From NCBI GenBank assembly GCA_965216325.1, contig OZ244160.1, forward strand, positions 2,848,001-2,912,000: DNA of 64,000 bases, in the 5' to 3' direction. Numbering within the stretch: the first letter of the stretch is position 1; each line of letters starts with the position of its first letter. Source of the stretch: Coraliomargarita sp. (GTDB taxonomy: Bacteria > Verrucomicrobiota > Verrucomicrobiia > Opitutales > Coraliomargaritaceae). The notes beneath the pieces were generated by a model, which worked only from the letters and a program-made list of their open reading frames with translations, searched no databases and was not told where the DNA came from. Positions 8,839 to 22,444 of this stretch are shown here, in pieces. The translations under genes and the position numbers were made by a program.

Positions 8839-10575
8839 TTACAATTCGATGTCCTTCATCAATTTTGCGGTTTCGACCGGGCCGCTGGGTGACTGACCGA
8901 GGCCGGACTGCATGATCAGTTTGCGGCGATACGGGCGCAAGTGGAGCACTTTTAACAGCGCGACAAAGAGAATACCAAACAGGGTCGAGGCATAGGCCGC
9001 CATCAGGCTGGCTTCGACGATGCCGACCGCGACCAGAATCAGGGAGAGGACGGTGCCGCCGAGGCCTACGTAGAGGCCGAAATCAAACAGCTGCTCTTCG
9101 TTGTCCAAGAGGCGAAGCTTTAACTCCGGTCCGATGGACTGCTTGGAGATCTCGCGTAGCTTGATCAGGCAGAAGCTGTAGATAACGAGCTGAATGATAA
9201 AGAACAGCGCGAGGACGAGGAGGGTGACTTGGTTGAGTTCTTGCATGGCTTTGACTGGTGATTTTAAAGAGTCGAGTGTACTGGCGACGGCGAATTCAAT
9301 CCGTGGTGCGCTGTCGGCAACGTCTTCGTGAGATTTGAGCACGTCAGGCTCGGCGAGTGTCCACAGTGTGATGGCCACGACGAGACTAATCAGGGCGTCG
9401 CGGGCGAGTACACTCGGGTTGTGGCGGGAGACGCGTTCCGTGTCGTTGGACAGGCTGCCACGCCAGGCAGCACCCATCGCAAAGGCGAAGGCGAGGCCCG
9501 CGAGTGTGAGGCTGGCAAACTTGGCGATTAGGCCGAAGTTGCGGTTCTCGGCGGTCAGGCTGACGAAGAAGCTGGGGCGGTAGGCTTGCAGGGGCACGAG
9601 TGTGTCGGCAAGGAGCGAGCGCTCGCGGTAAATGGCTTGTTCGGACTCCAGCAGGTATTGGATGGCCCCCGGGCCGTAGCCGAGTGCTTCGTCGAGGTCC
9701 TGATTGGAGCTTTCGGGGTGCTCGGCGATGTATTGATAGACCGCGCTGGGTTGCTGGCTGAAGCGCAGGGTGGTGTAAAGTGCGTTGATACGGTCCGGCT
9801 GGGCACGGAAGAGAGCTCCCATCTCGGCCCACTCGGTGGGTGTTTCAGTGATTTCGGCCAAGCTGGCAAGCGAGCGGAAGTCCAAGCGACGGGCCAATGA
9901 TAGGGTGCCGACGGTGAAATCTTCAAAGGCGCCGACCGCGGAGACGTTGCCGGAGGCGGCCTCTTGCGCCATGACGCCAATCTCCTGCGCAAGGCCGGGC
10001 TTAAAGTAGTTGCCTTGAATCAACAGGGCCAAACTTAGCACGCCGGCATCGTAGGGTGCGCCTGCTGCGTGGTCGGCCGGGTGTAGTCGGATCAGTCCGC
10101 GCAAATTACGGGTGCTGAGCAGGGAAGCGATGTTGGCGTTACTGGATTCGGAGAGTGTTTCGACTAGCAGGCGACGCTCGGAGCGCGGCAGCAGCAGGGA
10201 CAGCACGGCATTGGGCGTGTCACGCTCGAGGCCGGTGGGATGAGCGCTTTGCAGAAAGGCTTCGAAGTAGGGGGCGGGGCCGCCTGAGATATGATATTGG
10301 CCGTTGCGGGCGAGCAGAATATTTACGCGTTGCTCAAGTTCGTGGCGGGTGGACTCGTCCAGATACAAGGTGGCGGCCGCGATGCGTTGGGCCGGGCCGA
10401 TGTGCGCTGCGCTGAGGACTTCGCGGGCTTTATCCGCCGAGGAGCGGCCCTGTGCGCCTGCCCATTGCAAGACGCTGCTGTCGACCGTGCGCAAGTGCGC
10501 TGGAAAGAGTAACCCGATTACAGCCAGAGCGGAGGCCAGTAATAGCAGTATCAGGGTCTTTATTGTAGGCAGCAT
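8839..10575 (-). CDS. Large membrane protein with C-terminal MotA/TolQ/ExbB-like channel domain
   Basis: C-terminal TM pair GLYVGLGGTVLSLI and AAYASTLFGIL matches GLxGTV / AxxTTxxG. Lies directly upstream of the ExbD-like gene. Confidence 0.6.
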   Translation of the reverse strand: MLPTIKTLILLLLASALAVIGLLFPAHLRTVDSSVLQWAGAQGRSSADKAREVLSAAHIGPAQRIAAATLYLDESTRHELEQRVNILLARNGQYHISGGPAPYFEAFLQSAHPTGLERDTPNAVLSLLLPRSERRLLVETLSESSNANIASLLSTRNLRGLIRLHPADHAAGAPYDAGVLSLALLIQGNYFKPGLAQEIGVMAQEAASGNVSAVGAFEDFTVGTLSLARRLDFRSLASLAEITETPTEWAEMGALFRAQPDRINALYTTLRFSQQPSAVYQYIAEHPESSNQDLDEALGYGPGAIQYLLESEQAIYRERSLLADTLVPLQAYRPSFFVSLTAENRNFGLIAKFASLTLAGLAFAFAMGAAWRGSLSNDTERVSRHNPSVLARDALISLVVAITLWTLAEPDVLKSHEDVADSAPRIEFAVASTLDSLKSPVKAMQELNQVTLLVLALFFIIQLVIYSFCLIKLREISKQSIGPELKLRLLDNEEQLFDFGLYVGLGGTVLSLILVAVGIVEASLMAAYASTLFGILFVALLKVLHLRPYRRKLIMQSGLGQSPSGPVETAKLMKDIEL

Positions 10576-10686
10576 GTGAATGTTAACAGTCGTTGATTAG
10601 CGAATAAGGCGAATTTCGTCCCTCGGTGCAATGGGGAATTTTGAATGGGCTTGCTTTCTAGTCTAGTGCTCGCGTTTGTTTGTTCC

Positions 10687-11421
10687 ATGAAGCATGAGAC
10701 TGTGCAGCAGTATTTCGAATCGGAGGCCGTGGTGGAGCACTATGCGGAGGCGGCTGCACGTATTGGACTCTGGGTTTCGGAGGAGAAGCTGTTTACGCAC
10801 GTCTTTCAGCGGGAGGCAGCGATTCTGGAGCTCGGTTGTGGCGCGGGGCGTATTGCCTTTGGGCTTTATGAGCTCGGCTATCACAATGTGATGGCGACCG
10901 ACTATGCGAAGGCGATGGTCGAGCGGGCACGGCAGATGGCGGCGGTTCTGGAATATCGCATCCCGATGCAGGTGGCGGATGCCACGGCGCTCAAGTTTGA
11001 GGATGCGTCCTTTGATGGTGCGATTTTTGGATTTAACGGGCTGATGCAGATTCCTACAGCTGCTGCGCGCCAGAAAGCTTTGGAGGAGATATACCGTGTG
11101 CTGAAGCCTGGGGCGTGGTTTGTGTTTACCTCGCACGATCGCGAGGCCTCACGCCATCAGCAATTTTGGGCCGAGGAGCAAGCGCGCTGGGAACAATCCG
11201 CGCAGAATCCCGAGCTCGATGAGTTCGGCGACCGCACGGAACAGACTGGGCTCGGGCAGCATTTCATGCATGTGCCGACCACGGGCGAGTTGGAAGCGAT
11301 GCTGACGCGTGTGGGCTTTCGCCTCGAGGCGCATGCCTTGCGCTCGGCTTTGGCTAATGAGCCACAAGAGGTGCGCGAGTTTTCAGATGATTGTCGCTTC
11401 TGGGTGGTGCAGAAGCCCTGA
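10687..11421 (+). CDS. Class I SAM-dependent methyltransferase
   Basis: ILELGCGAG motif [18 protein letters not shown]. Confidence 0.85.
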   Translation: MKHETVQQYFESEAVVEHYAEAAARIGLWVSEEKLFTHVFQREAAILELGCGAGRIAFGLYELGYHNVMATDYAKAMVERARQMAAVLEYRIPMQVADATALKFEDASFDGAIFGFNGLMQIPTAAARQKALEEIYRVLKPGAWFVFTSHDREASRHQQFWAEEQARWEQSAQNPELDEFGDRTEQTGLGQHFMHVPTTGELEAMLTRVGFRLEAHALRSALANEPQEVREFSDDCRFWVVQKP

Positions 11422-11565
11422 TTGGGAATCCACCAAATGGTAGCGCAGGTGCGTCTCGCACCGCATTTGAACTGCAACGATAGTAAATTAACTAATGGGT
11501 GCGCACCTAGGATAATGCGAATGGCACTACCTTGGGGATAATTGCAGCATATCATTCTGTTTCAG

Positions 11566-11713
11566 GTAGGGTCGTCTCGCCGAGGCGACCGTTTGGCAAA
11601 AGGCTCTAAATCCCTAGATTATATGGATCGCCCTGACGAGCGGTCAGCCATCGAAAGCACTTTGACGATTCGCAGTCAGTCGGCGAACGGCCGCCTCGGC
11701 GAGACGGCCCTAC
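11566..11713. repeat. GTAG-type REP inverted pair (family A)
   Basis: GTAGGGTCGTCTCGCCGAGGCGACCGTT ... AACGGCCGCCTCGGCGAGACGGCCCTAC; another copy at 39798-39828. Confidence 0.8.
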
Positions 11714-11817
11714 CCAAAAACGTGATTAAGATCGTGCCATTGCTTCGACCTCTACACTCTGTTCCGTCAAGGCGCTGTTGCGCTCCTCTGAAGCAATGGC
11801 TGTTCGGGCATCTCAAC

Positions 11818-12462
11818 CTATTTGCGACGGCGTAGCATCACTGACGTTAGACCCATAAAACCAGCGAGCAGGGCGTAGCTGCCAGGCTCTGGCACGACGG
11901 TGACTGTGAAATTTTCGAGAGTGAAGTTTGTGCCACCTGAGATTGAGAGTGTGATTCGCTGACCTGCTATGAAGGCTTCATCGATGCCGCCGAAGAAGTC
12001 GTTGCCGCTCACGGCGATGTTGGAGGTGGCGCCATCAGTCAGGTTGTAAGTATTGCCATCTTGGAAGGAGAGGACTGCAAACTCGGGTGTGTCATCCAGT
12101 AGCGCAAAATCGATCGAGTTGAAGGTGCCATCCTTATCGAAGAAGAAGACCATCGATTCGTTGCCGCTTGCTGTGTCGAAGGCATCGGAGTCGTCACCGC
12201 TGCCTGCTTGGTCTGGGCCAAATCCACTGTTGGTGAGGTTGAAGCTGCCGAAGTCGGTTCCTGCAGAAAGTGTAATGCCTTCCTGTGTGTAGGTGCCACT
12301 GGTGTTGAGGCCCATGCTTGCTGCGTCTGAACCATCTGCAAAGGCTTCAAGTGCAAGTCCGGCAGCACCTGTTGATGAGCCATCGTCGAATACAAAAGTG
12401 GTCTGCGCGACTAGGGAAGTTGTAATGAGTGCGGAAAGGATAAGGAGTCCTGAAGTTTTCAT
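11818..12462 (-). CDS. PEP-CTERM sorting domain protein
   Basis: Signal peptide; acidic, Gly-rich body; C-terminal VPEP + TM + RRRK. Confidence 0.92.
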   Translation of the reverse strand: MKTSGLLILSALITTSLVAQTTFVFDDGSSTGAAGLALEAFADGSDAASMGLNTSGTYTQEGITLSAGTDFGSFNLTNSGFGPDQAGSGDDSDAFDTASGNESMVFFFDKDGTFNSIDFALLDDTPEFAVLSFQDGNTYNLTDGATSNIAVSGNDFFGGIDEAFIAGQRITLSISGGTNFTLENFTVTVVPEPGSYALLAGFMGLTSVMLRRRK

Positions 12463-12984
12463 GAATTGCGTTGAATAGATTAGATATAGGAAGGGCTATG
12501 CCTGAGCTTTTTGAGCGGGGTGTAAATCCTTTTTAGTTTAAAAATAACGTAAATTAGATGATTTATTAGTCATTCTGTAGATGTGTCTTCCCAATTTCTT
12601 GGTTTTGATACGACACGCATCGATCTCAGTTTGGGAAGGGGCTCCGCAGCCAAGACCGCATTGCTCTATACTTACGGCGTCCTGAGGTAGGGCACTCACC
12701 CTGCTGACACGCTAGCATCCACATGATACGTATAAGAAAGGGCCCTGAGACTAAATCGATGAAGGTTTGGCTTGGATGGCACCACCCCGTCTCGCTCAGG
12801 ACCTTCGGCAAGCTCAGGGGCTGGCGAGCCACCCCTCCTCGCCAAGGAGGGGAGCTAATCCTCTGCGAAGAAGGAGGTCATCCCGCTTAACGAGATCGGA
12901 GTGGTGTGTTTGGGCATACCTTTTCACATTGTTATAACTACCAATCTCACACTATTTGCTTGTCGGGTGGCGATGGACTGACAC

Positions 12985-13018
12985 AAAAAAGCGCCCCGAG
13001 GCTGGCTCGGGACGCTTG
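12985..13018 (-). terminator. Rho-independent terminator of the suf operon
   Basis: Hairpin AGCGTCCCGAG...CTCGGGGCGCT followed by TTTTTT on the minus strand, downstream of sufT. Confidence 0.7.
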
Positions 13019-13060
13019 CTAAGTGATTCTGGATCCGCCTAAAGGCGGGACCCCAACCGA

Positions 13061-13609
13061 TTAGATCAGGCCGAGGACCATTTTGCCCTCTTCGGTGATC
13101 ATATCCTGATTCCACGGTGGATCCCAGACGATCTCGACTTCGGCTTCGGCGACGCCGGGCACGCCTTCGAGGTGCGTCTTGGCATCTTCGGCGATGACAG
13201 GGCCCATGCCGCAGCCGGGAGCGGTCAGTGTCATGTGCATTTCCACTTTGTGGCCACCTTCGGGGCGCTCTGCATACTCGAGCGAGTAGACCAGACCGAG
13301 GTCGACGATGTTGACCGGGATTTCCGGATCGAAGACCTTCTTGAGGGCTTCCCAGAGGTTAGCCTTCTCGACAGGGCCATTCGCGCCGGAAGCTTCGGCT
13401 GCCTTTGCCGCGTCGGTGACTTCCTCGCCAATCGCGTCAGCATTGGCTCCACTGATGCGGAACATGCCGTTCGCAGTCATCACCGTAAAGTTACCGCCGA
13501 GGCGGTGCGTGATGGTGACTTGCTCGCCTTCAGGCAAGGTCATCGGAGTGCCCTGAGGAATCAGGGTGACTTCAACTTCGCGGGAGAGTGTGCGTAGATC
13601 GTCGGACAT
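13061..13609 (-). CDS. sufT: Fe-S cluster assembly protein SufT (DUF59)
   Basis: [31 protein letters not shown]; position in the suf operon. Confidence 0.9.
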   Translation of the reverse strand: MSDDLRTLSREVEVTLIPQGTPMTLPEGEQVTITHRLGGNFTVMTANGMFRISGANADAIGEEVTDAAKAAEASGANGPVEKANLWEALKKVFDPEIPVNIVDLGLVYSLEYAERPEGGHKVEMHMTLTAPGCGMGPVIAEDAKTHLEGVPGVAEAEVEIVWDPPWNQDMITEEGKMVLGLI

Positions 13610-13728
13610 AAATTTAAGGATGAGTTTGAAACCTGAAACTTGAGTGAAGAAATGAGGCTGAGTAAAAAGAAGGCTTAGTTTGAAGCCTGAAATTTTCAAG
13701 TCTCAGGTTTCAGCTTTCATCCTTCAGC

Positions 13729-15018
13729 TTAGCTGATCTTCGATTCGAACTTGTTGCGGATCAAGACACGAAGATTCTCGGCGAGTTCTTCGCTATCGAC
13801 CTTTTCGATCACTTCTTCGAAGAAGCCGAAGACCATGAGCTGCATTGCAGTGCGCTTTTCGATACCGCGGCTCATCATGTAGAAGAGTTCGTCCTGATCG
13901 ACGTTGCCTGTGGTCGCGCCGTGCGAGCACTTCACATCGTTGGCAAGGATCTCAAGTCCGGGCAGTGCGTTGGCTTCCGCGGTTGGATCGAGCAACAGGT
14001 TGCGGTTGGTTTGATACGCATCGGTTTGTTGCGCGCCTTCGGCTACCTTGATCAGACCGGAGAAGATCGTGCGGCTCTTGTCGAGCAGTGCGTTCTTGTA
14101 GAGTAGGTCGGATACTGCGTTGCCCGCGTTGTGGGTTTGGAAAGTGCGTTGGTCAAACTCCTGAGTTTCCTCGGCCACGGTAAGCGAATACATCTTCACG
14201 TCGGCACCGGGGCCTTCGATACGCGTTTGGTTTTCGAAGCGTGCACGCTGTGCACCGATGTTGACCGCGAGGTTCTTTACCTGTGTGTCGCGACCAGCAA
14301 CGGTTGTGTCGAGCTGGAAGGAAACGGTCTTTTCGTTCCAGTCCTGCACCACCTTGCGGAAGATGTTCGCGCCATTGCCAGCGTGGATGTTGCTCACGGC
14401 AATGTTCAAGGCTTCGTTCGCTTCAGTGTCGGAGAAGAAGATGTCGACCACAGATGCCTTGGCGTTGTCCTCAGCGATGATCAGCGTGTGTGGGAACACG
14501 GCAGACTTCGCAGCGCTGGTCCAGTAGTAGTTGACGAACGGTTTCTCGATTTCGACGCCCTTGGGCACGAAGAGAATCGAGCCCGCCTTGACGAGTTGTG
14601 CGTGCAAGCCGAAGAACTTCTCGGAACCCAACTCGGTGGATTCTTGCAGGAAGTATTTCTCCATCAGCTCTGGGTGCTGTGCGATTGCTTCAGCCACTGG
14701 CAGATAGATAACGCCCTTTGCTGCGAGCTCTTCGCTGATGCCTTCGAACTGTGCTTGTGTATCGTCGGCGAAGACGAGTTGGCCGGCGCGTTCGCTTACC
14801 AAGTTGGAGCGTTCAACGAAGCTGTCGAGTTGTTCGCTTGCTGCAGCCGGAGCAAAGCCGTCGATGCTAAGCTTGCCAACGGATGCGAAGCGCCAGCGCT
14901 CGTCGCGTGCACTTGGTGCTGGAAGGATCTCAAACTGAGCCTTGCCTTCGGCGCGACGTGTTTCGAGCCATGCGGGTTCGTTTGCTGTCATAGGTTGTTC
15001 TAAAATTTCTGTAGTCAT
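13729..15018 (-). CDS. sufD: Fe-S cluster assembly protein SufD
   Basis: [26 protein letters not shown]. Confidence 0.92.
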   Translation of the reverse strand: MTTEILEQPMTANEPAWLETRRAEGKAQFEILPAPSARDERWRFASVGKLSIDGFAPAAASEQLDSFVERSNLVSERAGQLVFADDTQAQFEGISEELAAKGVIYLPVAEAIAQHPELMEKYFLQESTELGSEKFFGLHAQLVKAGSILFVPKGVEIEKPFVNYYWTSAAKSAVFPHTLIIAEDNAKASVVDIFFSDTEANEALNIAVSNIHAGNGANIFRKVVQDWNEKTVSFQLDTTVAGRDTQVKNLAVNIGAQRARFENQTRIEGPGADVKMYSLTVAEETQEFDQRTFQTHNAGNAVSDLLYKNALLDKSRTIFSGLIKVAEGAQQTDAYQTNRNLLLDPTAEANALPGLEILANDVKCSHGATTGNVDQDELFYMMSRGIEKRTAMQLMVFGFFEEVIEKVDSEELAENLRVLIRNKFESKIS

Positions 15019-15066
15019 TATGTGAATACGGGTTGATGAGTGACATCCCTTAAGGGCGCGTCGGCT

Positions 15067-16491
<1,425 letters not shown>

Positions 16492-16533
16492 TTGAAGAGG
16501 AGTTAGAAGTTAGAATTTAGGAGTCAGAAGCCC

Positions 16534-17295
<762 letters not shown>

Positions 17296-17340
17296 GATAA
17301 TTGGATTTTAGATTTAAGATTTTAGATTTAAGAAAGGACG

Positions 17341-17772
17341 CTAGTCGTGGCAGCAGTTGCACTTACCATCGTAGGCGATGTTGATGTGCTGTGCTTGAAA
17401 TCCTTCGGGGAGGGCGGCTTTGAGTTGTGCAATCAGCTCGTCAGACAGCTCGATGTCGACGATTTCACCGCTTTCCTTGCAGTAGAAGTGGGCGTGCTGG
17501 GTGAGATTCGGGCAGTAGCGGGTCGGTTCACGCTCGAAGTTGACCTGCTTGACCAGACCACTTTCGACCAGTGTTTCGAGGCAGTTGTAAACAGTGGCCA
17601 GCGAAATGGTTGGCATTTCTGATTTGGCGCGGGCATAGACCTCGTCAGCAGTCGGGTGGTCACGCTTCTCCAGAATCACCGAAAAGATGTGTTCGCGCTG
17701 TTTGGTGGAGCGCTGGCCGCTGTGCTCGAGTGCGTGGTCGAGGCGGGCCTTATATTCGGGTGCGAGTTTCAT
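17341..17772 (-). CDS. Fur-family transcriptional regulator (Irr/PerR-like), first gene of the suf operon
   Basis: [24 protein letters not shown]. Confidence 0.88.
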   Translation of the reverse strand: MKLAPEYKARLDHALEHSGQRSTKQREHIFSVILEKRDHPTADEVYARAKSEMPTISLATVYNCLETLVESGLVKQVNFEREPTRYCPNLTQHAHFYCKESGEIVDIELSDELIAQLKAALPEGFQAQHINIAYDGKCNCCHD

Positions 17773-17805
17773 GATAAATGTGTTGGTATGGAGGGCTTAA
17801 TTGTA

Positions 17806-17892
17806 TTTGGAATTATTCTAAATTGGCCCAATGGAGAGTGGACTAAATTAGAATAGTTCCAAATATCAAGTAATAATTAGAATTATTCTAAA
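17806..17892. promoter_or_regulatory. Three 17-bp ICE/Irr-like operators
   Basis: TTTGGAATTATTCTAAA (17806-17822), ATTAGAATAGTTCCAAA (17847-17863), ATTAGAATTATTCTAAA (17876-17892). Confidence 0.8.
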
Positions 17893-17984
17893 TAAAATGC
17901 GAATTCTGCTGATCGATATTAGTTTGCGTAAAATCGTTCGAATCTGGCTTGTCTGCCAGGGGAGGCGGCTCCAGCCTGAGTCTT

Positions 17985-18722
17985 ATGGCGCGCTACCGCT
18001 CATTTTTATTTCCTGAAGCGACTGTTGGAGATGGCTTTGTCGTCTTGGATGCGCGTGAAAGTCACCATCTCGTACGCGTTTTTCGGGCAAAAGTGGGTGA
18101 AACGGTGGAAGTGCTGGATGGGCAGGGACGCAGGTATCAGGGCAAATTGGCCGAGGCGAATGCCAAGGGTGCACGCATTGCGCTGGATTCTGTTGTGGAG
18201 CAAGCTCGCTCAGGGCCTGCTGTTACCCTGTTGCAGGCGGTGCCGAAGGGGAAGGCGATGGATCTGATCCTGCGCATGGCCACCGAGATCGGTGCTTCGA
18301 CGATTCAGCCTATTTTCACCGACCAGGGGGAGGTGCAGATCAAGGGGGAACGCTTGAACTCCAAAGTTGAAAAGTGGCGTATCACGATGATCGAGGCCTG
18401 CAAGCAGTGTGGTTTGGCCTATTTGCCCACGCTCGAAGAGCCACTGAGTTTGAAGCAGGCGCTTCAGACTGCACCCGAGAATTGCATGCGTATCGTCGCA
18501 AGTTTAGAGGATGGCAGTCGCCCGCTCGCTGATGTGCTGGCGGCCAATCCCGATGTCGATGCGATTCAGGTCGCGGTCGGACCTGAGGGGGATTTTTCCG
18601 CGGCTGAATATCAGCAACTGCATGAGGCGGGCTTTCAACCCGTGCGTCTCGGTGCAAATGTGCTGCGTGCCGAAACTGCCGCAGCTTACATCCTCAGTGT
18701 GGTGGATCAGTTGGCTTCCTGA
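17985..18722 (+). CDS. rsmE: 16S rRNA m3U1498 methyltransferase
   Basis: [33 protein letters not shown]. Confidence 0.93.
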   Translation: MARYRSFLFPEATVGDGFVVLDARESHHLVRVFRAKVGETVEVLDGQGRRYQGKLAEANAKGARIALDSVVEQARSGPAVTLLQAVPKGKAMDLILRMATEIGASTIQPIFTDQGEVQIKGERLNSKVEKWRITMIEACKQCGLAYLPTLEEPLSLKQALQTAPENCMRIVASLEDGSRPLADVLAANPDVDAIQVAVGPEGDFSAAEYQQLHEAGFQPVRLGANVLRAETAAAYILSVVDQLAS

Positions 18723-20062
18723 GCGTCGCGAGGGATTTGGTTGAATTGCTGTTTCAATCGCAACGAAAGGATGATGGCGGCAAGTGCTAGCCCAGTGGCT
18801 AGTCCGGTCCAGAGGCCACGTGCTTGCCAGTCTTGTGAGAATGCCAGCCAGATCCCAAGTGGAATGCCAGCCAGCCAGAAGCTGACAAACAAAATACCGG
18901 TTGGCACGTTCACATCCTTCAGGCCACGCAGGGCGCTCATGCTGATCACCTGCGTGCCATCAAAAATTTGGAACAGCGCGACGATGACGAATAGGCTACC
19001 GGCTAGTGAGATGACTTCCAGATCTTGGCTGAAAACACCTGCGATGGCTTCGCCAGAGGTCACGAAGGTGAGTGCACAGATTGTCATCACGATCAGTGAC
19101 ATGGTATGTGCGCTGAGAATGAGTCGGCCGCATTGAGAACGCTGCCCCGCGCTGATGGTGTGGCCGACACGAATCGTCACTGCCATCGCGAGGCCGAGGG
19201 GAATCATGAAAGTAACCGTGATGCAGCTCATTGCGATTTGGTGTGTGGCGAGGGGCACGCTGCCAAAGCGGCCAATGAGCAAGGCAACGATAGAGAACGA
19301 CCCAAACTCAAGCAGTAGCTGTCCGGAGATGGGCATCGCCATTTTGAAGACTTCGCGACAGATCCCGAGATTGAGCGGTTTGAACCATTGTTTGGGCAAG
19401 CAGGTCTTTAGATGTGTGGATCGATGGAGTAGAATGAGTAGCCCTGTCAGGCTGATGAATCGGGCGAGTAGCGTTGCAATACCTGCGCCCGCGAGCCCCA
19501 AACGAGGGCAGCCGAATTTACCAAAGATCAGCATGTAGTTGAGCACGAAGTTCGCTACGACGCCTAGGAGCATCACCCACAGCACCAACCAGGGATGATT
19601 GCGGGCTTCAATATAGCTCTTGATCGTGAACGCTGGGACGATCGGGATGAGTGACAGTGCGATCCAGGTTAGATACTGCGGGGTGAGCTCGACCACTGCT
19701 AATGGTTGTTTGAGTTTGTCGAGAATCAGTAAACTACTGAACATCAGCCCAGCCAATAGCATACCGAGGCCCACTGCAACGAGGAGCCCATGGCGTAAAA
19801 TTTCGGCCAGCCGCTCATGGCTTTCCGAACTTCCGTGTTGATGGGAGACCAGCACAGAGATCGCTGCAAATAAACCGATGCCAAAGACAAAGGGCAGGTT
19901 GAAGAGCACGCTGACAAAAGCGACTGTGGCGAGTTCATCGGTGCCGAGCTTTCCAATCATCACCGTATCGATCAGGCCCATGAGCATTTGGCTGAGCTGC
20001 CCAGCGATGATAGGCAGCGCCAACAAGAATGTCAGCCGGCCTTCTCTGAGTGCCATTTGCAT
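18707..20062 (-). CDS. MATE family efflux transporter (NorM-like)
   Basis: LALPII...IDTVMIG; about 12 TM segments; QIFDGTQV...ALRGLKD. Confidence 0.9.
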   Translation of the reverse strand: MQMALREGRLTFLLALPIIAGQLSQMLMGLIDTVMIGKLGTDELATVAFVSVLFNLPFVFGIGLFAAISVLVSHQHGSSESHERLAEILRHGLLVAVGLGMLLAGLMFSSLLILDKLKQPLAVVELTPQYLTWIALSLIPIVPAFTIKSYIEARNHPWLVLWVMLLGVVANFVLNYMLIFGKFGCPRLGLAGAGIATLLARFISLTGLLILLHRSTHLKTCLPKQWFKPLNLGICREVFKMAMPISGQLLLEFGSFSIVALLIGRFGSVPLATHQIAMSCITVTFMIPLGLAMAVTIRVGHTISAGQRSQCGRLILSAHTMSLIVMTICALTFVTSGEAIAGVFSQDLEVISLAGSLFVIVALFQIFDGTQVISMSALRGLKDVNVPTGILFVSFWLAGIPLGIWLAFSQDWQARGLWTGLATGLALAAIILSLRLKQQFNQIPRDAQEAN

Positions 20063-20078
20063 ACGGTGACCTGGTCGT

Positions 20079-21293
20079 TTAGGTCAGTTCGAAGCCAAGC
20101 AGCGTGATGTCATCCTGCTGCTTGTTATCTACCGTGAACGCATGGACGGTATCATACAGATGTTCCAGACTCTCTTGTAGCGGCATGTGAGCACTTTTTA
20201 ATAGGCACTCTTCCAGACCCGCACGGGTGAATTCTTCGCCATGCGCATCCGAGGCTTCCAAAATGCCATCGGTGTAGGTGAAGAAGCGGTCGCCTTGATT
20301 CAGGTGTAGCTCAAAGGTTTCGGATGCGGTGCCACCGGGGATTCCCATGACCAGTGCGGTCGGAAGGGTGATCGATTCGATGGTCTTTGTGGCTGCCCGA
20401 TAGACCAAGTTTAGCGGATGCCCGCAGTTCGCCAGGTAGAGGATGCGGCTGCCGTCATGTTGACGCTTGCCAAAGTGTCCGGCCATACCGGTGACAAAGC
20501 CCTGATTGAGCTGTCCGGTGAGCTCGCGATTCACAGCATTGAGGAAATCGGTCGGGCTGTTGTTGTAAACTTCTGCTTCGTGGGAAGTGAGGTATTTGAG
20601 CAGCACTGTCGAGAAGGCTGCGGCAACACCGTGTCCACATACATCGCCAAGAAAGAAGAGCAGGCTGTTGTTCGGGTTGCGAGGGAAGCTGTACAGGTCG
20701 CCGCCCACCGAGGACATGGGCTTCCAGACGTGGGCGATGTTGACATTTTTGACGTCTGGAACGCGGCCGGGGATCATGACCCGTTGCACCTTATGAGCGC
20801 TCTCGTAGTCCGACAGCATGATTTCGTTCTGTTCACGTAAACGACGCTCACTCCGTGCGAGCTGCTCTTGAGCGACCACCTCGGCAGTCACATCGCGAGA
20901 GATACCGAAGATGCCAGCAGATGTCGAGGAACTCAGGTGGAGTGGGGCCTTGGAGGAGGATGCCCAAGTTACGGAACCATCCGGCCAAGTCTCTTTCTCG
21001 ACCTTGTTAATAATCGGTGTATCGGTGCGCAGAATCTCCTGTTCGTCGTCGTATGCCTGTTGCGCATGCTCTTCTGAGAATAGATCGAAATCAGTCATTC
21101 CCTCGAGTGCGTGACGATCTTCATATCCATGCATTTCCGCAAGTGCCTTACTGACTGTTATAAAGCGGCTTTGGCGATCCTTGATGTAGATGCGGTCTGC
21201 CGTTTGCTCCATGAGAGTTTCAAACAGACGCTTCGCGGATGCTTTTAACAGCATCGAATTCTCGTCTGGATCTGGAGTTACGTGAGTAGCCAT
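20079..21293 (-). CDS. PAS domain + SpoIIE/PP2C phosphatase
   Basis: [13 protein letters not shown] domain; VGGDLY, GDVCGHG, YTDG and QQDDIT PP2C motifs. Confidence 0.9.
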   Translation of the reverse strand: MATHVTPDPDENSMLLKASAKRLFETLMEQTADRIYIKDRQSRFITVSKALAEMHGYEDRHALEGMTDFDLFSEEHAQQAYDDEQEILRTDTPIINKVEKETWPDGSVTWASSSKAPLHLSSSTSAGIFGISRDVTAEVVAQEQLARSERRLREQNEIMLSDYESAHKVQRVMIPGRVPDVKNVNIAHVWKPMSSVGGDLYSFPRNPNNSLLFFLGDVCGHGVAAAFSTVLLKYLTSHEAEVYNNSPTDFLNAVNRELTGQLNQGFVTGMAGHFGKRQHDGSRILYLANCGHPLNLVYRAATKTIESITLPTALVMGIPGGTASETFELHLNQGDRFFTYTDGILEASDAHGEEFTRAGLEECLLKSAHMPLQESLEHLYDTVHAFTVDNKQQDDITLLGFELT

Positions 21294-21401
21294 TAACCTT
21301 TCATCTAGGGGATTCGCGCTGGCTGTGGCAACGTTTCCTTTCGCGCAAAACGATAAAAAACGACTGGCCAAATCCTATACGCTCAGTCCTTACTCATCGC
21401 A

Positions 21402-21857
21402 ATGCGAGTTGTGTTACAGAGAGTTTCCATGGCATCAGTCCAAGTTCACGGTCGGGTCGTTGGTGCGATTGGGAAAGGTGTGCTCCTGTTCTTAGGAGTC
21501 GGACAGGAAGATGGCCCCGAAGATATTGACTGGCTGGTGGGGCGTGTCACTCGATTGCGTATTTGGGAAGACGAGAATGACCGTATGAACCAGTCGCTAC
21601 TAGATGTAGATGGCGAGGTCTTGGTGATCAGTCAGTTTACATTATTCGGCAATCTGAAGAAGGGGAACCGACCATCGTTTAACCGAGCTGCGTTGCCGAA
21701 TACAGCGGTGCCATTGTATGAGCAATTTGTGGCTAAACTGTCGGAGGCCTTGTCAAAGCCCGTTCCAACTGGGCGTTTTGGGCAGCATATGGATATCGAG
21801 GCGCACAATGACGGTCCCATTACGCTGATTGTGGATTCGAAACAAAAAGACTTTTAA
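21402..21857 (+). CDS. dtd: D-aminoacyl-tRNA deacylase
   Basis: [20 protein letters not shown]. Confidence 0.95.
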   Translation: MRVVLQRVSMASVQVHGRVVGAIGKGVLLFLGVGQEDGPEDIDWLVGRVTRLRIWEDENDRMNQSLLDVDGEVLVISQFTLFGNLKKGNRPSFNRAALPNTAVPLYEQFVAKLSEALSKPVPTGRFGQHMDIEAHNDGPITLIVDSKQKDF

Positions 21858-21873
21858 GGGGACTCACCACCGG

Positions 21874-22401
21874 ATGGCACGTGTTGTGAATAAGGCTTTT
21901 TTTAATCGCTCGACCACCGAGGTTGCGCGGGAACTCTTGGGAAAGTCACTTTGTCGACGTTTGGACTCGGGCAAGATTCTTCGTGCCCGAATTACCGAGA
22001 CCGAGGCCTATGATGGGCATGAAGATAAAGCATCACACGCGCATAAGGGCCCGACGACACGCAATGTTGTCATGTTTGGTCCTCCGGGGCGCACGTATAT
22101 CTATCTTTGCTACGGTGTGCATTGGCTACTCAATATCACCACCCGAGAGAAAGGCTATCCGGCCGCGGTGCTTATTCGGGGTTTGGAGGAATTGGAGGGA
22201 CCGGGGCGCCTGACCAAGCAATTGCACATCGACAGTGCCTTGAATAATCAGCTCCTTACGCGCGTGAACGGTCTGTGGATTGAAGATGACGGCTTTGTGC
22301 CCGACTCAGCTAAGATCACTGAGCTTCCTCGTGTGGGGGTCGATTATGCGGGCCCCGAGTGGGCGGCGATGCCGTGGCGTTTTCGTTGGGAACTGGTGTA
22401 G
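21874..22401 (+). CDS. mpg: DNA-3-methyladenine glycosylase (MPG/AAG family)
   Basis: ITETEAY, YIYLCYG, AVLIRG, GPGRL, PRVGV. Confidence 0.9.
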   Translation: MARVVNKAFFNRSTTEVARELLGKSLCRRLDSGKILRARITETEAYDGHEDKASHAHKGPTTRNVVMFGPPGRTYIYLCYGVHWLLNITTREKGYPAAVLIRGLEELEGPGRLTKQLHIDSALNNQLLTRVNGLWIEDDGFVPDSAKITELPRVGVDYAGPEWAAMPWRFRWELV

Positions 22402-22444
22402 TCACGGCACTCAGTTGCTGGGGGGTCGCTTCAGCTGAGTCGGG

